This document shows, piece by piece, positions 1 to 20,626 of a DNA stretch of 64,000 bases. Location of the stretch: NCBI RefSeq assembly GCF_009914755.1, contig NC_060926.1; one strand, 5' to 3'. Numbering within the stretch: position 1 is the stretch's first letter; each line of letters starts with the position of its first letter. Below the pieces are notes generated by a model, which saw only the letters and a list, made by a program, of their open reading frames with translations, was not told the origin of the DNA and ran no database searches. The translations under genes and the position numbers were made by a program. The DNA is from the human T2T-CHM13v2.0 reference genome, Homo sapiens.

Positions 1-798
1 CTGCAGCATGACCGCTTCTTGAGCGTCTAGCTCTGTAATTAATAGTGGTCAGCAGCACCTAGCAGCCAATAGTTCCTTCAGCACACCCTTCACTCAGTGT
101 GTGTGTCTGTGTGTGTGTGTGTAAAGTTGGGGTCTCACTCTGTCACCCATGCTGTATTCCAGTGATGTGATCATAGCTCACTGCAGCCTCCAACTGCTGG
201 GCTCAATTCTCCTGCCTCAGCCTCCCAAGCTGGTAGGACTACAGCTGTGTGCCATCACACAGGACTTCTTTTAGTTTTTGTAGAGAGGAGGTTTCATTAT
301 GTTGCTCAGACTGGTCTCAAACTCTTGGCCTAAAAGGATCCTCCTGTCTCAGCTCCCCTCAAGTGCTGGTATCCTGGGGACAAGCTACTGTACCCCGCCC
401 TCTCACTCATTTTATAGTCGATCATTTCTGAGAAACATTTCCCAATGACTGGCTTTCCCTATCACCTGATTTTTTTTAATGTCCCAAGGGGTGGATTTTC
501 AGTGCTGAATCCCAACAACTTCTTTACCATCTAATGGGCCATGGCCATGCCCTCTCCAACAAGTACTGGCTCTCAGCATGCATCCAACCTGGGTGGGTGG
601 GTCTTCCTTGCGTGGTCTCCCTCAGCCGTAGGGATAGTGGTAATCATATCTGTCATTCCTGTATTCTTTAAGATTCTCTTCCTACTAATCTGTCCCTTAT
701 TATTCTAATTCTATGTTATCATTAATAATAAATTATATTAAATTTTTCCTGCTTAAATTACCATGTGATTTATTTCTGATTAGATTCTGGCATGTACA
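1..798 (+). mobile_element. ERVL solo LTR remnant, LTR41-like, interrupted by an AluJ (5' part runs off the window)
   Basis: 'ggccatgccctctccaacaag...ctccctcagccgtagggatagtgg...attcctgtattctttaag' and the terminus 'aataataaattatattaaatttttcctgcttaaattaccatgtg...gtaca' resemble the recalled LTR41 3' half. Confidence 0.6.
97..399 (-). mobile_element. Old Alu (AluJ-type); tail region is a (TG)n run at 97-122
   Basis: 'ggggtctcactctgtcaccca...tcatagctcactgcagcctc...gggctcaa' are AluJ-type diagnostics; dimeric and heavily diverged. Confidence 0.9.
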
Positions 799-834
799 AT
801 TGTGAATAACTCTTAGTTAAGTTTCTGAGAAAAT

Positions 835-1310
835 AAAACCATTTTCTTTTATATGCATAGTAGTTGCATTCCTAAGAAATTCCATAATTATAAAATACTA
901 CCAAAAAAACCCCCTTTGTGTTTATATGTAAAATACAGTTAGGTTCTAGACTCAGAAAACTTTAGTTTTTCACCTGCATTCAGGGATTCCACTTATAGCT
1001 GTATAGACTGTGCTCGACACAATCTCATGGAGCCACCACGCCCAGCTGATCCCTATCAATGATGCTTCCCAAAGATTCTGCCATCCACATCTGCACAATT
1101 ATATGTAGCATCTCTATAATACACAAATACTCATCCATATATGTGAAAGTTACATGAGATATAAGACAATTCTTCACTGCAGGACTGTCCCACCTATTGC
1201 AGTACATCTAGCGTCCCTATTCTCCACTCATGATGACAATAGCACACCCCAATCATTCTGACAACCAAAAATCCTCCACAAATTTACAAATTGCCCCTCT
1301 GGGAACAACA
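835..1310. mobile_element. hAT-Charlie DNA transposon remnant, MER113-like
   Basis: 'tttgtgtttatatgtaaaatacagttaggttctagactcag' and 'ggactgtcccacctattgcag...caatcattctgacaaccaaaaa' match recalled MER113 segments. Confidence 0.55.
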
Positions 1311-1334
1311 GCCAACCAGCCAACACGTGCTTCT

Positions 1335-1470
1335 TTTTTTAATTTTAATTTTTTTGTACCGTGATCATAACACTTAACGTGAAGTCTACCCTCTTAACAC
1401 ATTTTGAAGTACACAGTACAACAATGGTAGGCACAAAGTTCTACAGCAGATCTCTATAATTTATTTATCA
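1335..1470 (-). mobile_element. Old L1 (L1MA/MB) 3'UTR fragment
   Basis: 'aacacttaacgtgaagtctaccctcttaacacattttgaagtacacagtaca...cagcagatctct'. Confidence 0.6.
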
Positions 1471-1539
1471 GGTCTCATCTTTTAAACTCTCATTTTTGCT
1501 TGGATTATACCAATCTTCTTGGGATTTTTTTAAACAGTC

Positions 1540-1918
1540 CATGTTCTCTCCTTCCTCAAGAGTCTTGACAACTTACTGTTTCTCTGCATGGAACAGTTTT
1601 AGCCTTAATCTCCAAACATTCCTTCACTCCTTCAAATCCCTGCTCAAACATTACCTTATCAAAGCTATATAAATTAGTAATTCTATATCCGTACCAGCAC
1701 TTCTTTTCCCTCTTATTTTGCTTTATTTTTTAACATCATGATCACTGTCTACAGCGGCATTTATATTTGATGTATTTATTTTCCGTAAACCCTCACTAGC
1801 ACTTAAGTTTCATGAGGCCAGGGACTTGACTGTTATGTTCACTATGGTATCCTCAGCACCTAGAACAGTGCTGTACTTGTGCGAGGAGCCCAATAATTAT
1901 TTGTACAATGAATAATGA
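1540..1918 (+). mobile_element. L2 3' end
   Basis: 'catgaggccagggact...gttcactatggtatcctcagcacctagaacagtgc...caataattatttgtacaatgaataatga' is a typical L2 terminus. Confidence 0.75.
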
Positions 1919-2209
1919 CACATGCTCATAACACTCATAATAACACATGCTCAGTAGCAACCCTTTTTCCATTTATTCATGTCAATAAATTCACTCACTT
2001 CACTTCCTCTATCACTTCCCAAAAGAAGAAAAGATCAGAGAGTTGTCGAGTTCTGTTTTAGAATATTAGATTACATTGATTTCTTGTATGAGAAGATGAA
2101 TGCAGAGTAGTTTTCACATGAGAAGATGTGTACTCTCACTAAGTTCATTTAAGATAAGTGCGCCTCCATAGAGGTTTGGAAGGAAAAGATAAGGATGTAA
2201 ACTGATTCT

Positions 2210-2390
2210 GGCATGACACAGGCATTTGACATGCATTATCGTATTTAATCTGTACAGACATCCTGGAAAAAAAAAGGAACTAAACCTATTTCATCTAAGA
2301 GAAAATTAAAGCTCATTGATATTAAGTAACTAGAGTGAAATTCAAAACCATGTTCGTCGGACTCCAAAATCTATGGCCATTTTACCACAT
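2210..2390 (-). mobile_element. MIR
   Basis: Reverse-oriented MIR core: 'catgcattatcgtatttaatc...gagaaaattaaagctc...ttaagtaact...ggactccaaaatc'. Confidence 0.6.
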
Positions 2391-2471
2391 GACTAGAATG
2401 AGACAATGAAATATGTTGAACATAAATGCAATTTCCCCAGAATTTGGTCATCATTTTAAAGGTCACAATTT

Positions 2472-2769
<298 letters not shown>

Positions 2770-3309
2770 GTCACAATTTCTAGATAAATATCCTGATTTA
2801 TTTCCTAGAATATATATTCCACATCATTTATGAATATTATTTAGCAACACTTGAAAAATAAAGTCAACTCGTCCTTTTCTTTCAGTGAATTATGCAAGAT
2901 TTTGGCTTATACACATGGCAAACTCTTGTTTAAAGTCAATTTATTAATTAAAGCACCTATTCTGCTGAATGAATTGCTCTGTTGATATTATTGACAGTTT
3001 ATATTCTGCCTACTTAATTACTGTGTTCCAAAATAATAAATTTCTTTTGGCATACCAAGGCCAAGGTAAAATTATGAAACAGATAGATTCTTCCATGCTC
3101 CTCTTCTTCCTTCCTTGTTAGAATTTGGCTCAAGGAGAACAGAAATACAAAGGGAACACAGACTGCAAGGAGAGCTGCCTACTCAACAATGGATCTGATC
3201 CCTAAACGGTAGTAACCAGAACCCAGGTAGACCAATATGCATTCCAGTAGCCAGTGCTCATGGCTTTGGGCCAGTGTTCTTATCCTTACAAGTCAAAGAG
3301 ATATTAATC

Positions 3310-3490
3310 ACTCCTATGTGGACCATATTGTGTGTTTTCTACATTATTATTTAATCTTCACAACATAAAGATTTATTGTTAGCTCTAATTACAAATAAGA
3401 GGTTGAGAACCTCGACTAAACTTAGATATAAATGAGTTGGAAGGCAACCCAGGTCCATCTGACTCTAGGGCTCATGCCCTTGGCCACTGT
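3310..3490 (-). mobile_element. MIR
   Basis: 'attatttaatcttcacaac...ttacaaataagag...aacccaggtccatctgactctagggctcatgcccttggccact'. Confidence 0.6.
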
Positions 3491-4775
3491 GGTGCAGGAT
3501 AAGAACAACCCATGCCAGAGAGGGAGGAGTGTCACAATTCCCAGTGGCCAGTTTTTGGAAACATGATCCTTAGCTAGTGGCTGGATAGGAAAGGGCTAGT
3601 ATCTGCACCCCCGCAGAAGAGCAAGACACAACCAAGTGTACCCAGGCCCCAGGTAAGTGTGTTAGGGTGCCAGGGCAGGCTCCAAATCTCATCCAGGGGC
3701 TGGAAGGCTAAAGCAAGAAACAGACTCAGGGCAGGACACAAGAGTAAATCAGCGCAACAGGAGTAAAGAAATGCATGTCAGGTGTATGAATGCCTAAGTC
3801 TCTTCCCAGGTACACCACTTCCCCGGTAACATATTTAATCTGTGATTCCACAGGCCAATGAATCTCCTTCATATAAGGCACTGAGCGTGGCAGCTTGTGG
3901 ATGGAGCTCTATACAAGGGCTATCCTGTGAATAAAAAGCTACAGAAGATGACCTTTCAACCCAGCAAAAATCATCAAGACCCTTAAACATGTACCTTATT
4001 GACTTGATTCACTCAACTAACATTTCTTGAGTACACACAATGTACTAGACACTTTTTCAAGTTTAGGCTTTTGAGATTCCACTCAAATTCTAATAGTCTA
4101 AATATATATTTTTGCTCATCCTCTTTAGATTTGCACCTGTTTTTAACTACTTATATTCCTGAGATATATATCCTGAAATTTAACCTAGTAAGGGTTTTCC
4201 AGATAGAAAAAGAAAAGGAATGCCAGGCCAGGAAATATGTGGTATGAACAAATGTCCTGAAATGTGAAAGATCTCTATCTGCTTAGGGAAAGGTAGGATG
4301 TACAAAGTGGGTGGAACATAAAGTGGAGGAGGTGGTGCTTGGGGATGACAAAGTCACCATCTTTATTTTATTCTGTGGGGAATTTTCTGGTCATGGAGGA
4401 AAATGATGTAGAAATAGCTGAAGTCAGGTGGGACTTTTGTACTATACCTCATATTACACTCATTCTTCCTGTCACTTTAGCTTTGCAATTAATGTTACTC
4501 TGTGGAGGAATGTGCTTTGAAATCCAATCACTTTAATTTAGGATCTCTTCCAAGGAAGGTTTGATTTCTGTGAGAAAAACCTGGATGGATTCCCAGCTTC
4601 TCCTCAGTCTAGCCTTCATTCACAGCACGGATTCCTCATTCTCTTTGATCATGAATTTTCAGAACATCAGATATAACCAATATTCAAACATGAGTTCAAT
4701 AAACCCATCCAAAGCCAAATTAAAATGTTTTCACAATATTTCTCATTTTAGATTGGCCATGTCTTACTCACTCAC

Positions 4776-4904
4776 CAGAGTGAAGAGTCATCTCCTTTTG
4801 ACCATCAGACCTGCCATGCATTGCCGCCTGAACAAGAGTGTGCAACAGGGAAGAAAAGTGGAAGCTAAAATCCAGCACCAGCTCTGCTCTTGAAGTTGTG
4901 TAGC
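4776..4904 (-). other. Candidate internal exon (129 nt) of an unidentified, probably non-coding, transcript
   Basis: Minus-strand acceptor 'ctgccatttttttcag|GCTAC' and donor 'CTCTG|gtgagt'; not obviously repeat-derived; only the phase 1-1 frame is open (GYTTSRAELVLDFSFHFSSLLHTLVQAAMHGRSDGQKEMTLHS). Confidence 0.45.
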
Positions 4905-5539
4905 CTGAAAAAAATGGCAGTGTACACCTCAAAAATAAAGCATCTGGTTTTTCCCATGTGAAGAAACTATTTAGGATACTAGAAGTTATGGGGCTCACCA
5001 GAGAAAAACAGATTTATCTGACACATTTACTACTACTATTTCAACCAAAAAGAACAATGACAAAAGAGAAATAGTCTGTCTAGAAGAAAATGAGTTGAAC
5101 TCTAGGACAATAACAAAAATGTAATTTTATATAAAATAATACAATATATGCAAATAAGTGCCTGCTACATCATAAGAGCAATGATGGTTACTTACTATGA
5201 TTGGTAATAATGTTTGTATCATTATTATCATTTTGAGGTTATTAGGAGTATTTATGTAATTGACTTTTTTAAAAGTTGCAAATGAATCCATGGCTAATGT
5301 GCTGTTATTTCACCGTAAATTGAATGTAATGTTTCTGATCTATTAAAGAATACTTAAACTCATGATTTTTTTAAATCTGACATAAACATGGCAATGTCTT
5401 ATCTTTTGACAGAACTGGGTGGCAAGGTACCCTCGAGTATTATTCTTGTTCATTTTTATAATTTTAAATGTTTTATAATTTTAAATAATATACAAATACT
5501 CGAATTTCCCCTGATAGAAAAGACAGCCTTGATACTGGA

Positions 5540-5717
5540 AGTGGGGGCAAGGAGTCTCTGGCACTAAGTCAAGTACCTGAGATCTGCTCCCGTTTACTAC
5601 CTGTGTGACCTTGAGCTGGTCAATTTACTACCTCTCTGACCACGAGTTTTCTCACTTATAAAATACAAGAATTGGACTGGATGATATCTCGGGTTCTTTA
5701 CTCTCAAATTTTATGAC
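5540..5717 (+). mobile_element. MIR (MIR3/MIRc-like)
   Basis: 'actacctgtgtgaccttgagc...cctctctgaccacgagttttctcacttataaaat...ttggactggatgatatct'. Confidence 0.7.
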
Positions 5718-6221
5718 CAAGTCTATTTTTTGACAGCTAAAAAAGATAGGGCTAATTTTAATGCATATTGTCTGTCCTTATATCTTGCATATAACTGATT
5801 GCAAATGCCTAGAAGCTAAAATGAAGTGTCAAAGAAGTGCCATCTGCTTCTATTACTGATTATATTATGAAGCTGCCTCAAGTTTGTTTTTTGTTAACAT
5901 TTAGTGAAAAACAGAAGTTGGCAGGAAATGTGTTGTAAACAATGTTGCCCCCATACATTTATTGAATAATTCATAACCAGTATATGGTAGAAGCATAATT
6001 TTTAAAACGGCGTTTTCCCCAAATACCTGAGTGTTCTGACATCAGTAACAAATGATTTCTTTGGCATTACTTTGAAAATTACAGTGTTTAAAGATGATGT
6101 CTCAGATTCAATTTGTTTTATTCTTATCAATTTCCATTGAATCAATTTTGCTGTATTACACCGGAATAAAATATTTGCCATAGTTGACTACCCCATTTAT
6201 TAGTTTTTATGTATACTTTTT

Positions 6222-9716
<3,495 letters not shown>

Positions 9717-10419
9717 AGGTTATAAAAAGTTATAAAATCTGGTAAAATGCTAAGACATAAAGTTATTATATAAAAGATGGTAAAGTACTAAGGCCAGTCC
9801 ACAAAAAAACTATTTAACTGGCAACAAAATTCCACATTGTTAAATGACTCCAAAGCTCTTCTGGGTCCTACATGTCTTAGTACTTTCAGAGACTTAGTTC
9901 CCTTAGTTCCCAGTTCTGCTCTGAGCTGGGGCCCCCTGAGCTATAACCCCAATCTCTGCAACTCCAGGCTGGAGAGCTGAGCAGCTGTTGGGAGTAGGGC
10001 CTGTGGAGCCTCTGTTGCTAGGCAGCTTACACCTCAGGAAAGCAAGATTTAAAACATGTGGACACATCAGTAATATTTACTGCCTTAATTTTCCCTCTTG
10101 TTTATACTCCAAGAGTCTAATTTTATAACACCTGATATTTTGCACTTTTAATGTCTTTCTAGTATTTTTTTTTCTGAGTCTTTAAGTGGCCAGTTTTTTA
10201 GAGCCAATCTGAGGAATTTTAATACGCAATTATAAACCCACAATGGTCCATATATTTGGTTCCTCCTTTTCTGCCACCAACAACTTGAACCCTGGAATCA
10301 CCAATAATCCACTAGAAACATAAGTGTTGGTGATTCAATGTGAATGAAAGAAAGGAAAAGGGTAAAGAAAACTCAGACATATTGAAGTCACAGTATCTTG
10401 AAAATGTGCGCATTGCAGA

Positions 10420-10730
10420 TCTTCATTCATTCTTTTCTGGTTCACTCTCAGCTCCAATGTAATCTATTTGCAGAGCTTTTCCTGATCCCACCTCCATCTC
10501 CAGGCTTGTTATGTGAGTCTCCTCTGTGCTTCTGTATTTCCTATGTCTCTCTCTATAATCGTCTTTATGGTATGGCATTAAAACTATCTATTTATATGCC
10601 TGTCTCTTCCATTAGACTATAACCTTCTTGAAGGTAAGAACTTTGACTTATCTGTCCTTTAATCCCCAACACCTAGCACAGTACCTATATTTAGTAAGTG
10701 CTCAATACATTTTTATGGAAAAAATGAGTG
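10420..10730 (+). mobile_element. L2 3' end
   Basis: 'cattagactataaccttcttgaaggtaagaac...ccccaacacctagcacagtacct...tagtaagtgctcaatac'. Confidence 0.75.
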
Positions 10731-10935
10731 TCTATGAGGCTCCAAACATTACGTTGGATATGTTATAAATATTTGGATGTATATAATATTACAATGCATA
10801 ATCACATCTAATTCCAGCAAAAACCTTATAAGATAAGTATTCCTATAGCTAATTTAAAGGGATTACCACTGAAGGGATCCGAACTGGAACTGAAATCCAG
10901 GTGACAGAAACTCCAAAGCCCAGTGCCTATCACCA
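10731..10935 (-). mobile_element. MIR fragment
   Basis: 'aatcacatctaattcc...aaccttataagataagtatt...aactggaactgaaatccagg...actccaaagcccagtg'. Confidence 0.5.
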
Positions 10936-13242
10936 CTTCCTGTTGCTTGTGTGAGCTATTGCCACTGCAAGATGCTGCATTATTCACTTTTTATTTCCCA
11001 GAATAAGCCATCTATTTGTTCTCTTCCATTAATAGGTAATCAAGAATCGGTAAGATTTGTTTGCATTTATATTGTCTTAAACATTACACTTAAGAATCTA
11101 GTCAAGTAGCCATTTGTCTACTGATGTCCAACAGACAGCATTAGCCATGTAGCTTTGATATAATAACTGAGACATAATTCTTTTAGAAATCTCATGAGCC
11201 CTTCAGTATAAGTTGTGTAGGCTGTATATGTAAAGTCCTGTCTTTTCTGTTACTTATAAAATCTTGTTTTCATCCGCTGTATAAATGGCCTAGAGATGAT
11301 GTAAAGATTCATCTGGCCCTTGTGGGCACCATCATCGTGAATTAATAGATGAAATATAGTGTGCACACATACTTGGGAAACACCACTATTTGTATTCTCT
11401 ATAGTCTTATATTTTCCATTCACAGGCTACAGGATCAGAAAGGAAATCTGGAATCATTACAAATGACAGCAGAAAAGCAGAGCTCATTCATTTCCAAATG
11501 GCAACAAATTGATCAGGAGACCAAGTTTCAGGACCCTGGTGCCCTATTCCTGAGAGTGACAAGATTAAAAAGGATAAAACATTGCTGCTAAGAAGAGGAA
11601 CCATCTCAGAAAACTTGGAAAGTGACTCCAAGATATGGTCAAAGCATGGACTTCTAGTCAATTTCCCTGGTCCAGATGCAAGATGAGGTCATCCCCAAGG
11701 ATCAAGATGAAGGTTCTGGGTTGGCATAAGAGTATGGGACACGTGGAAGGATACCCTGGATTGCTGTCTCAGGTAGAATTTGCTTTCATGGTATCTAAGG
11801 TCAAACCAAGCACTTTTATTCTTGGAGGCCCAGTTTAGTCCGTATATGTGGGTCATTAAAACATTATTGTTAGAAGGGAGTCATTCATATCAACCAGTTT
11901 TCGCCCTTTGAATTTTTGCCTTCAGTATCCTCCATGGGATATTAGGGCCCATTTGGAGACTACAAGTAGGAATCCATGTTTCCAGATGATCTAGGAACCT
12001 CATCCAAATAAAAGATCTTCATCCTCCTCCTTGGCAATTCAAACTTTGGTGACAAGCCCAAATTCAGGGCTCAATCAAGGAAGTTGTTTCTGTCTAGTTC
12101 CCTTGCCCTGCTGTAAACTTAAAATCTGGCTCTATCGAAGAGTAACCAGTAATTGGACTCTTAAGATAAGTAAAACTTCTTTTTAGTTTTTGTGATTATT
12201 TCAGCGAGTAGGAAAATTTCTTCTTTAGTCCAACAGGAAGTAAGCACCCTATCTCTCCCTCACCTTCCATCTTCTTCTCCTCCTCTCTCTCTAATTCTTA
12301 TTACTTTTTCTACATAATATTGTGTAAGTGACAACAGGTTGAAGAAGACAGTGCTTAGCAATACCATATATCTGCAGCTTAAGGTGTCACAAATTCAAAC
12401 AATAAAAGAGGTTTTGTTACCAATGAGAAGAAACAGAAAAAAGACTCACCTAAAAGATTCAAAAAGATGCATATTTTACTAAAATTTTATGAATGCCCTA
12501 CTATGTTATGCAAAATGCTTTAAGTGTTGTGATGACAAAAACGTTCTGAGTTGCACATAATGACAATAGAATTTAAACTAACATATGCAAAGTCAAGGGA
12601 GTTTATTGGAAAGACCTCTGAAGGGTTGCACCGAAGCCAGAATAAAGGATTCAGACTAGCTCAGGAATACAGCTGGGACTGGGGTATCTTCCGACCCAGA
12701 AGCACCAAATAGTGCATTAATCCTTTCCCAGGGAACCAGAAAAAAATTTCTCTTCTCACAGTAATTTATTTCTTTTTTTTTTTTTCTCTATCTGCTTCAT
12801 TCTTCTTTCTAACTGCAGACATTCTTCTGCTCATAAGTTTATAGGATAGACCCTGACCACCGATAATCACTTAGTTTTACACTCTATGGTATAAATACTC
12901 AGAAAGACATAACTCCCTATTTCTCTCTGCTCCCATCCAAATTTCTATTTAGACTCTTAAATGAGTCACTGAATTAAGTAACCCCTAAGTAGGCTTGAAG
13001 ATAGTGAACTGCCAATAATAAATATAATTTAAGAGATTTCATGAAAAATATATGACAAAATTTCCATGACATCCTTACGGATGTGATGATAAAATAAGAA
13101 ATAAGATATTATATTAAAACCACAGGGTTTACATCATTGAAAAGTACAATAGTTTGCACATTCCTAACTGGAATAGCAAAGACTTATGAAAAATGAAAAC
13201 AGTAGAAAAACAAGAAAAATATTATTAAATATATGTGGGCGG

Positions 13243-13667
13243 TATAGCGGGAGCGTATCGGATACTCTGGGATGCAGACACAGAGATGAAGTTAGGAGGT
13301 GCAAGAAGTTTTTGAGAAGATAACACCTGAGAAAGACAAAAGGAGGAGGAAGCAGGACTGGGGAGGACAAAGCTCAGATCACAATGTAGATTTGACCAAA
13401 TCTCAGCCAAACTAAAGGGAAGCTCTGCAGCAAAGATTGCCTGTTAGAGGAAGCCAGCACTGGATAGAAATGACCAGGGCCTAGCACCCCTGCCATGCTT
13501 AGTTACTGACTGCGGGCTGCCAGAGATGAGTGTAGCCTTGGCTTGAAAGCTGAGACAAGCCCTGAAAGCATTTGCAGCAACAAATGGTCTGCTGACTGCA
13601 CTCCCTGCAGCTGACTAGCAAATTCCTTCTCCAGGAGAGATTTAAGTGATACAAGTCCACTTTAACA
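13243..13667 (-). mobile_element. ERVL solo LTR, LTR40-like
   Basis: 'gagatgaagttagg...ggaagcaggactggg...gcaaagattgcctgttagagg...gactgcactccctgcagctga' match the recalled LTR40 consensus. Confidence 0.6.
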
Positions 13668-14049
13668 GTATATAAAAGTAGAATGACAGGAAAGTGGATA
13701 AAAGCCGGCATTTCTACCAACAGAAAAAGCATTTTCATTTTCTTGCACCTTTACCAACATGGAATATTATGATATGTGGGTGTGGTATCATTCTTTAGAT
13801 GTTCAAGTTTACTAGTATAAAAATATGCATAGCATTTTCTTGTGTTTAAATATATATATATATGTAAACTTCCATAACTATTGTTACAAAAAACTGTAGA
13901 ATGACATTTATCTTCTTTTTTTTTAACTGCAGAGAATCCATTTCTTTCTGTAAGAGCACTCTGTTTTTTGTTTTGTTTTGTTTTGTTTTGTTTTCTGGGA
14001 GAATCATCTCTCTTGCACACTGTACTGTCAATGAAAGAGAAATGCCAGC

Positions 14050-14773
<724 letters not shown>

Positions 14774-14774
14774 A

Positions 14775-15158
14775 GCCAGTTTTCTCATTCCCACTACGAA
14801 AGAAAAGAGGAACAGATCCTTCCCTCACACTCCCAGGTGTAACTGGGGAGCAGGTACGTGATCTAAGCCCCACCAGTCAGAAGACAGTTCTCAAGACACA
14901 GAATCCCAGAGTCATCCAGACAGAGGCACTGCAGAGGTTATTCATGGTTGTAGCAGCGGTGGTAGCAACACTGGCATTCTGCTAGGCTCATTCTAGCTCT
15001 GAACAGCTTGCTATGCTCCCTAACTTCTTAGACGTCACCCCCACCTATTATCTGCTTCATTTCTTGTTTTTATTCCCCTCCTCCACAATATCCCTCCAGT
15101 AAGTTCCTTACTTAAGATTTGATTCCGTTGGTTTCAACCAGGAATCACAGCTGATACA
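14775..15158 (+). mobile_element. ERVL LTR, LTR33/LTR16-like
   Basis: 'gtagcagcggtggtagc' core and terminus 'cagtaagttccttacttaag...ggtttcaaccaggaatcacagctgataca'. Confidence 0.55.
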
Positions 15159-15205
15159 GAAAGTCCATCCATTACAAAATAAATCAATTAGGCAACAAAA
15201 CTTAG

Positions 15206-17800
<2,595 letters not shown>

Positions 17801-17919
17801 AAAACTTATGGTGGAGAAAGTGTTCATTGATGGGGTAACAAATAAAAATATTATTTACCTTCCTCAAAATGAAACAAAATGAAAAAGCATTTCAGGAGGA
17901 GGTAGATATAAATTGCTGC

Positions 17920-18117
<198 letters not shown>

Positions 18118-18259
18118 AAATTGCTGCATTTAATGGCTCAAAAAGCAACCTTCGAGGCATTACTGCTGAGACTTTCCCGTAAATAATATGCTATACAGAT
18201 CGTGTCTGCTTTTTCAAATTTTAAACCATTCTTTATTAACTAAAAATGTAATACTTTTT

Positions 18260-18621
<362 letters not shown>

Positions 18622-19269
18622 ATATACATTCTGACTTGCCTTCTTCCTCATTTCACTCTAGCAAGCCACAGGTAAAGATTTGTAAAACTTACTAGACTTT
18701 TCACAATTTGTTGTGGCATTTAAATTTTGGGGGGAGAAATTTTCCATTCATATTTTGAAAAGGAAGAATACAAATCAACGTCCTCCTGCACTGCCCCACA
18801 GACCAGAGCTCACAAATATAAAATCTCACTATCTCAGAAGCCTCGGTTTACACAGCAAAGTGCATGTTACCTGGATTCAATACTAGGTAGATAATTATAT
18901 GCTAATAATGTTGATTAATGTTGCCTTGCTACTTAGAAGTAAATCTCTAATAGGGTAACTTTCCTTAGTCGTATTTGGTGAATAATTTTTTCAGGGCCTC
19001 GACAAAGGCATAGGAGGTGTCCATTTCAAATTAAAAAGGCACAAAACTGAAAGAGATAACCAATGTGTTAGACACAAGCTACAATTTAAAATGGCACTGA
19101 CTAACACAGAATTAAAAACAAAAGATGACATTTTAAAATTTGTTGAATTATTTTAAAATCTTAAATTTAGTACCAAAATTCCAATGACAATACACGTGTT
19201 TTCAAAATGTTCAAGGCAAACAATCTAACTGAGCAAGGTATAAGGAAACTAACTGAGACATAGAGAACA

Positions 19270-19520
19270 TAGAAGACAATTTCCTATTTTTATAAGAGCA
19301 TAGATATGTGTGTATACATACGTGTGTGTGTGCATGTGTGTAAATGCATGAAATCAGGATCAGAAAGATAAGCACTAAATTGTTGAATGCTTAGCTGTAA
19401 ACAGGAGTGTTTTGGAAGGTGGAGTGAAATAAAAGAGTCTCTTATTTTATTCTAGATATTTGTTAGTTATGAAACTTTTACAGAAAGAATTTTTATGTAT
19501 TAATTGTATAATAAAAGATT
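19270..19520 (+). mobile_element. L1ME-type 3' end
   Basis: 'cagaaagataagcactaaattgtt...gaaacttttacagaaagaatttttatgtattaattgtataataaaa'. Confidence 0.5.
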
Positions 19521-19849
19521 AATTAATCAAGTATATAAAGTGCACGTTAAGAACTCTGAATTTCACCTTATGCTTCAAGGTAAAATTTGTATGCCCAAAT
19601 TACAGGAAAAATTAGCCCTATCCTTCACTGAGCTCACCACACCTCATCAGGAAAAATGTATTTGATCCTCAGAAGAATGTTTGCCAAAGTAAGGTGTATA
19701 CAAGGAAGGAAAATCATAATTGTTAGGGGTTTCAAATCTATTTCATAAGTTGAAAGAAACAGAACTGATTAACACAGTGAAGAATAAATCAGAGTGGTTA
19801 AGACTTTGCAAATATTTTAAACAACATTAAGCAAAGGAGTCAAAAGGTT

Positions 19850-20070
19850 TAACTAAAGGATATAACCAGCATCAGTGGAAGTATAAGGAGGCGGATTTTT
19901 CTGTCACTATCAGAAATTCTAACCATTACAGCTGCCCCAAAATGCAGTAAGTCATTATGAGGTAATTAACTCCCCATCTCTGGGTGGGGCTAGGTGACCC
20001 ACAAAGATGCTGTGAAAAGAACGCTGGTACTTTAGTGTTGTACTAACTATATAATGTCTAGGCTTGTTCT
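19850..20070 (+). mobile_element. L3/CR1 fragment
   Basis: 'ggaggcggattttt...ttctaaccattacagctgcccc...gaggtaattaactccccatctctgg'. Confidence 0.5.
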
Positions 20071-20130
20071 CTAATAAATTTTATCTGGAGTACCCTTTCT
20101 TCATAGATTCAAATTATCATGCTCATGTTC

Positions 20131-20626
20131 TGTATTAGTTTCCAAGGACTGCCATAAGAAAGTACCCTAACTGGGTGGCTTAAAAGAGAAATGTATTGAT
20201 TCACAGTTTTAGGAGCTAGAAGTTTGAATCACAACGCTGTCAGGGCCATGCTCCCTCCAAAGCCTCCAGGGAAGAATGCTTACTATGTTTTCTAACTTGT
20301 GATGATTGCTGTTAAACCTTAGTATTCCTTGGCTTTTACATGCACCACTCTGATCTCTGCCTCTGTATGTCTGTGTCTCTGTTTACTCTTACGAAAACAC
20401 CAGTCATCGAATTCGAATTCGATGGCCTTCTCTCCTGTATGTCTGTGTCTCTGTTTACTCTTACGAAAACACCAGTCATCGAATTTGAATTCGTCCTAAT
20501 CCAGGATAACTGCATCTTAATTTAAGCAATTTCATCTGCAAAGACCCTATTTCCAAATAAGGTCACATTCTGAGGTTCCAGGTGGACATGTTTTTTGAGG
20601 CGGGGAACGCTATTCAGTCCAGTGTA
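20131..20626 (-). mobile_element. MaLR solo LTR (MLT1C-like) containing a 59-nt internal duplication
   Basis: Terminus 'tgtattagtttcc...gactgccata'; 'ctgcaaagaccctatttccaaataaggtcacattctgagg'; possible TSD tgttc/tgttg. Confidence 0.85.

Noticed and set aside
3617-3652. 36-nt plus-strand micro-exon ending in a perfect CAG|GTAAGT
   Set aside because: Weak acceptor, lies in a probable old LTR remnant, and isolated consensus donors are expected by chance in 64 kb
20340-20525. Repeat-spacer-repeat pattern as CRISPR-like, and the ORF with a duplicated peptide
   Set aside because: Only two copies with a 13-nt spacer, inside a MaLR LTR in a primate genome, with no cas genes; the peptide repeat follows from the 72-nt period
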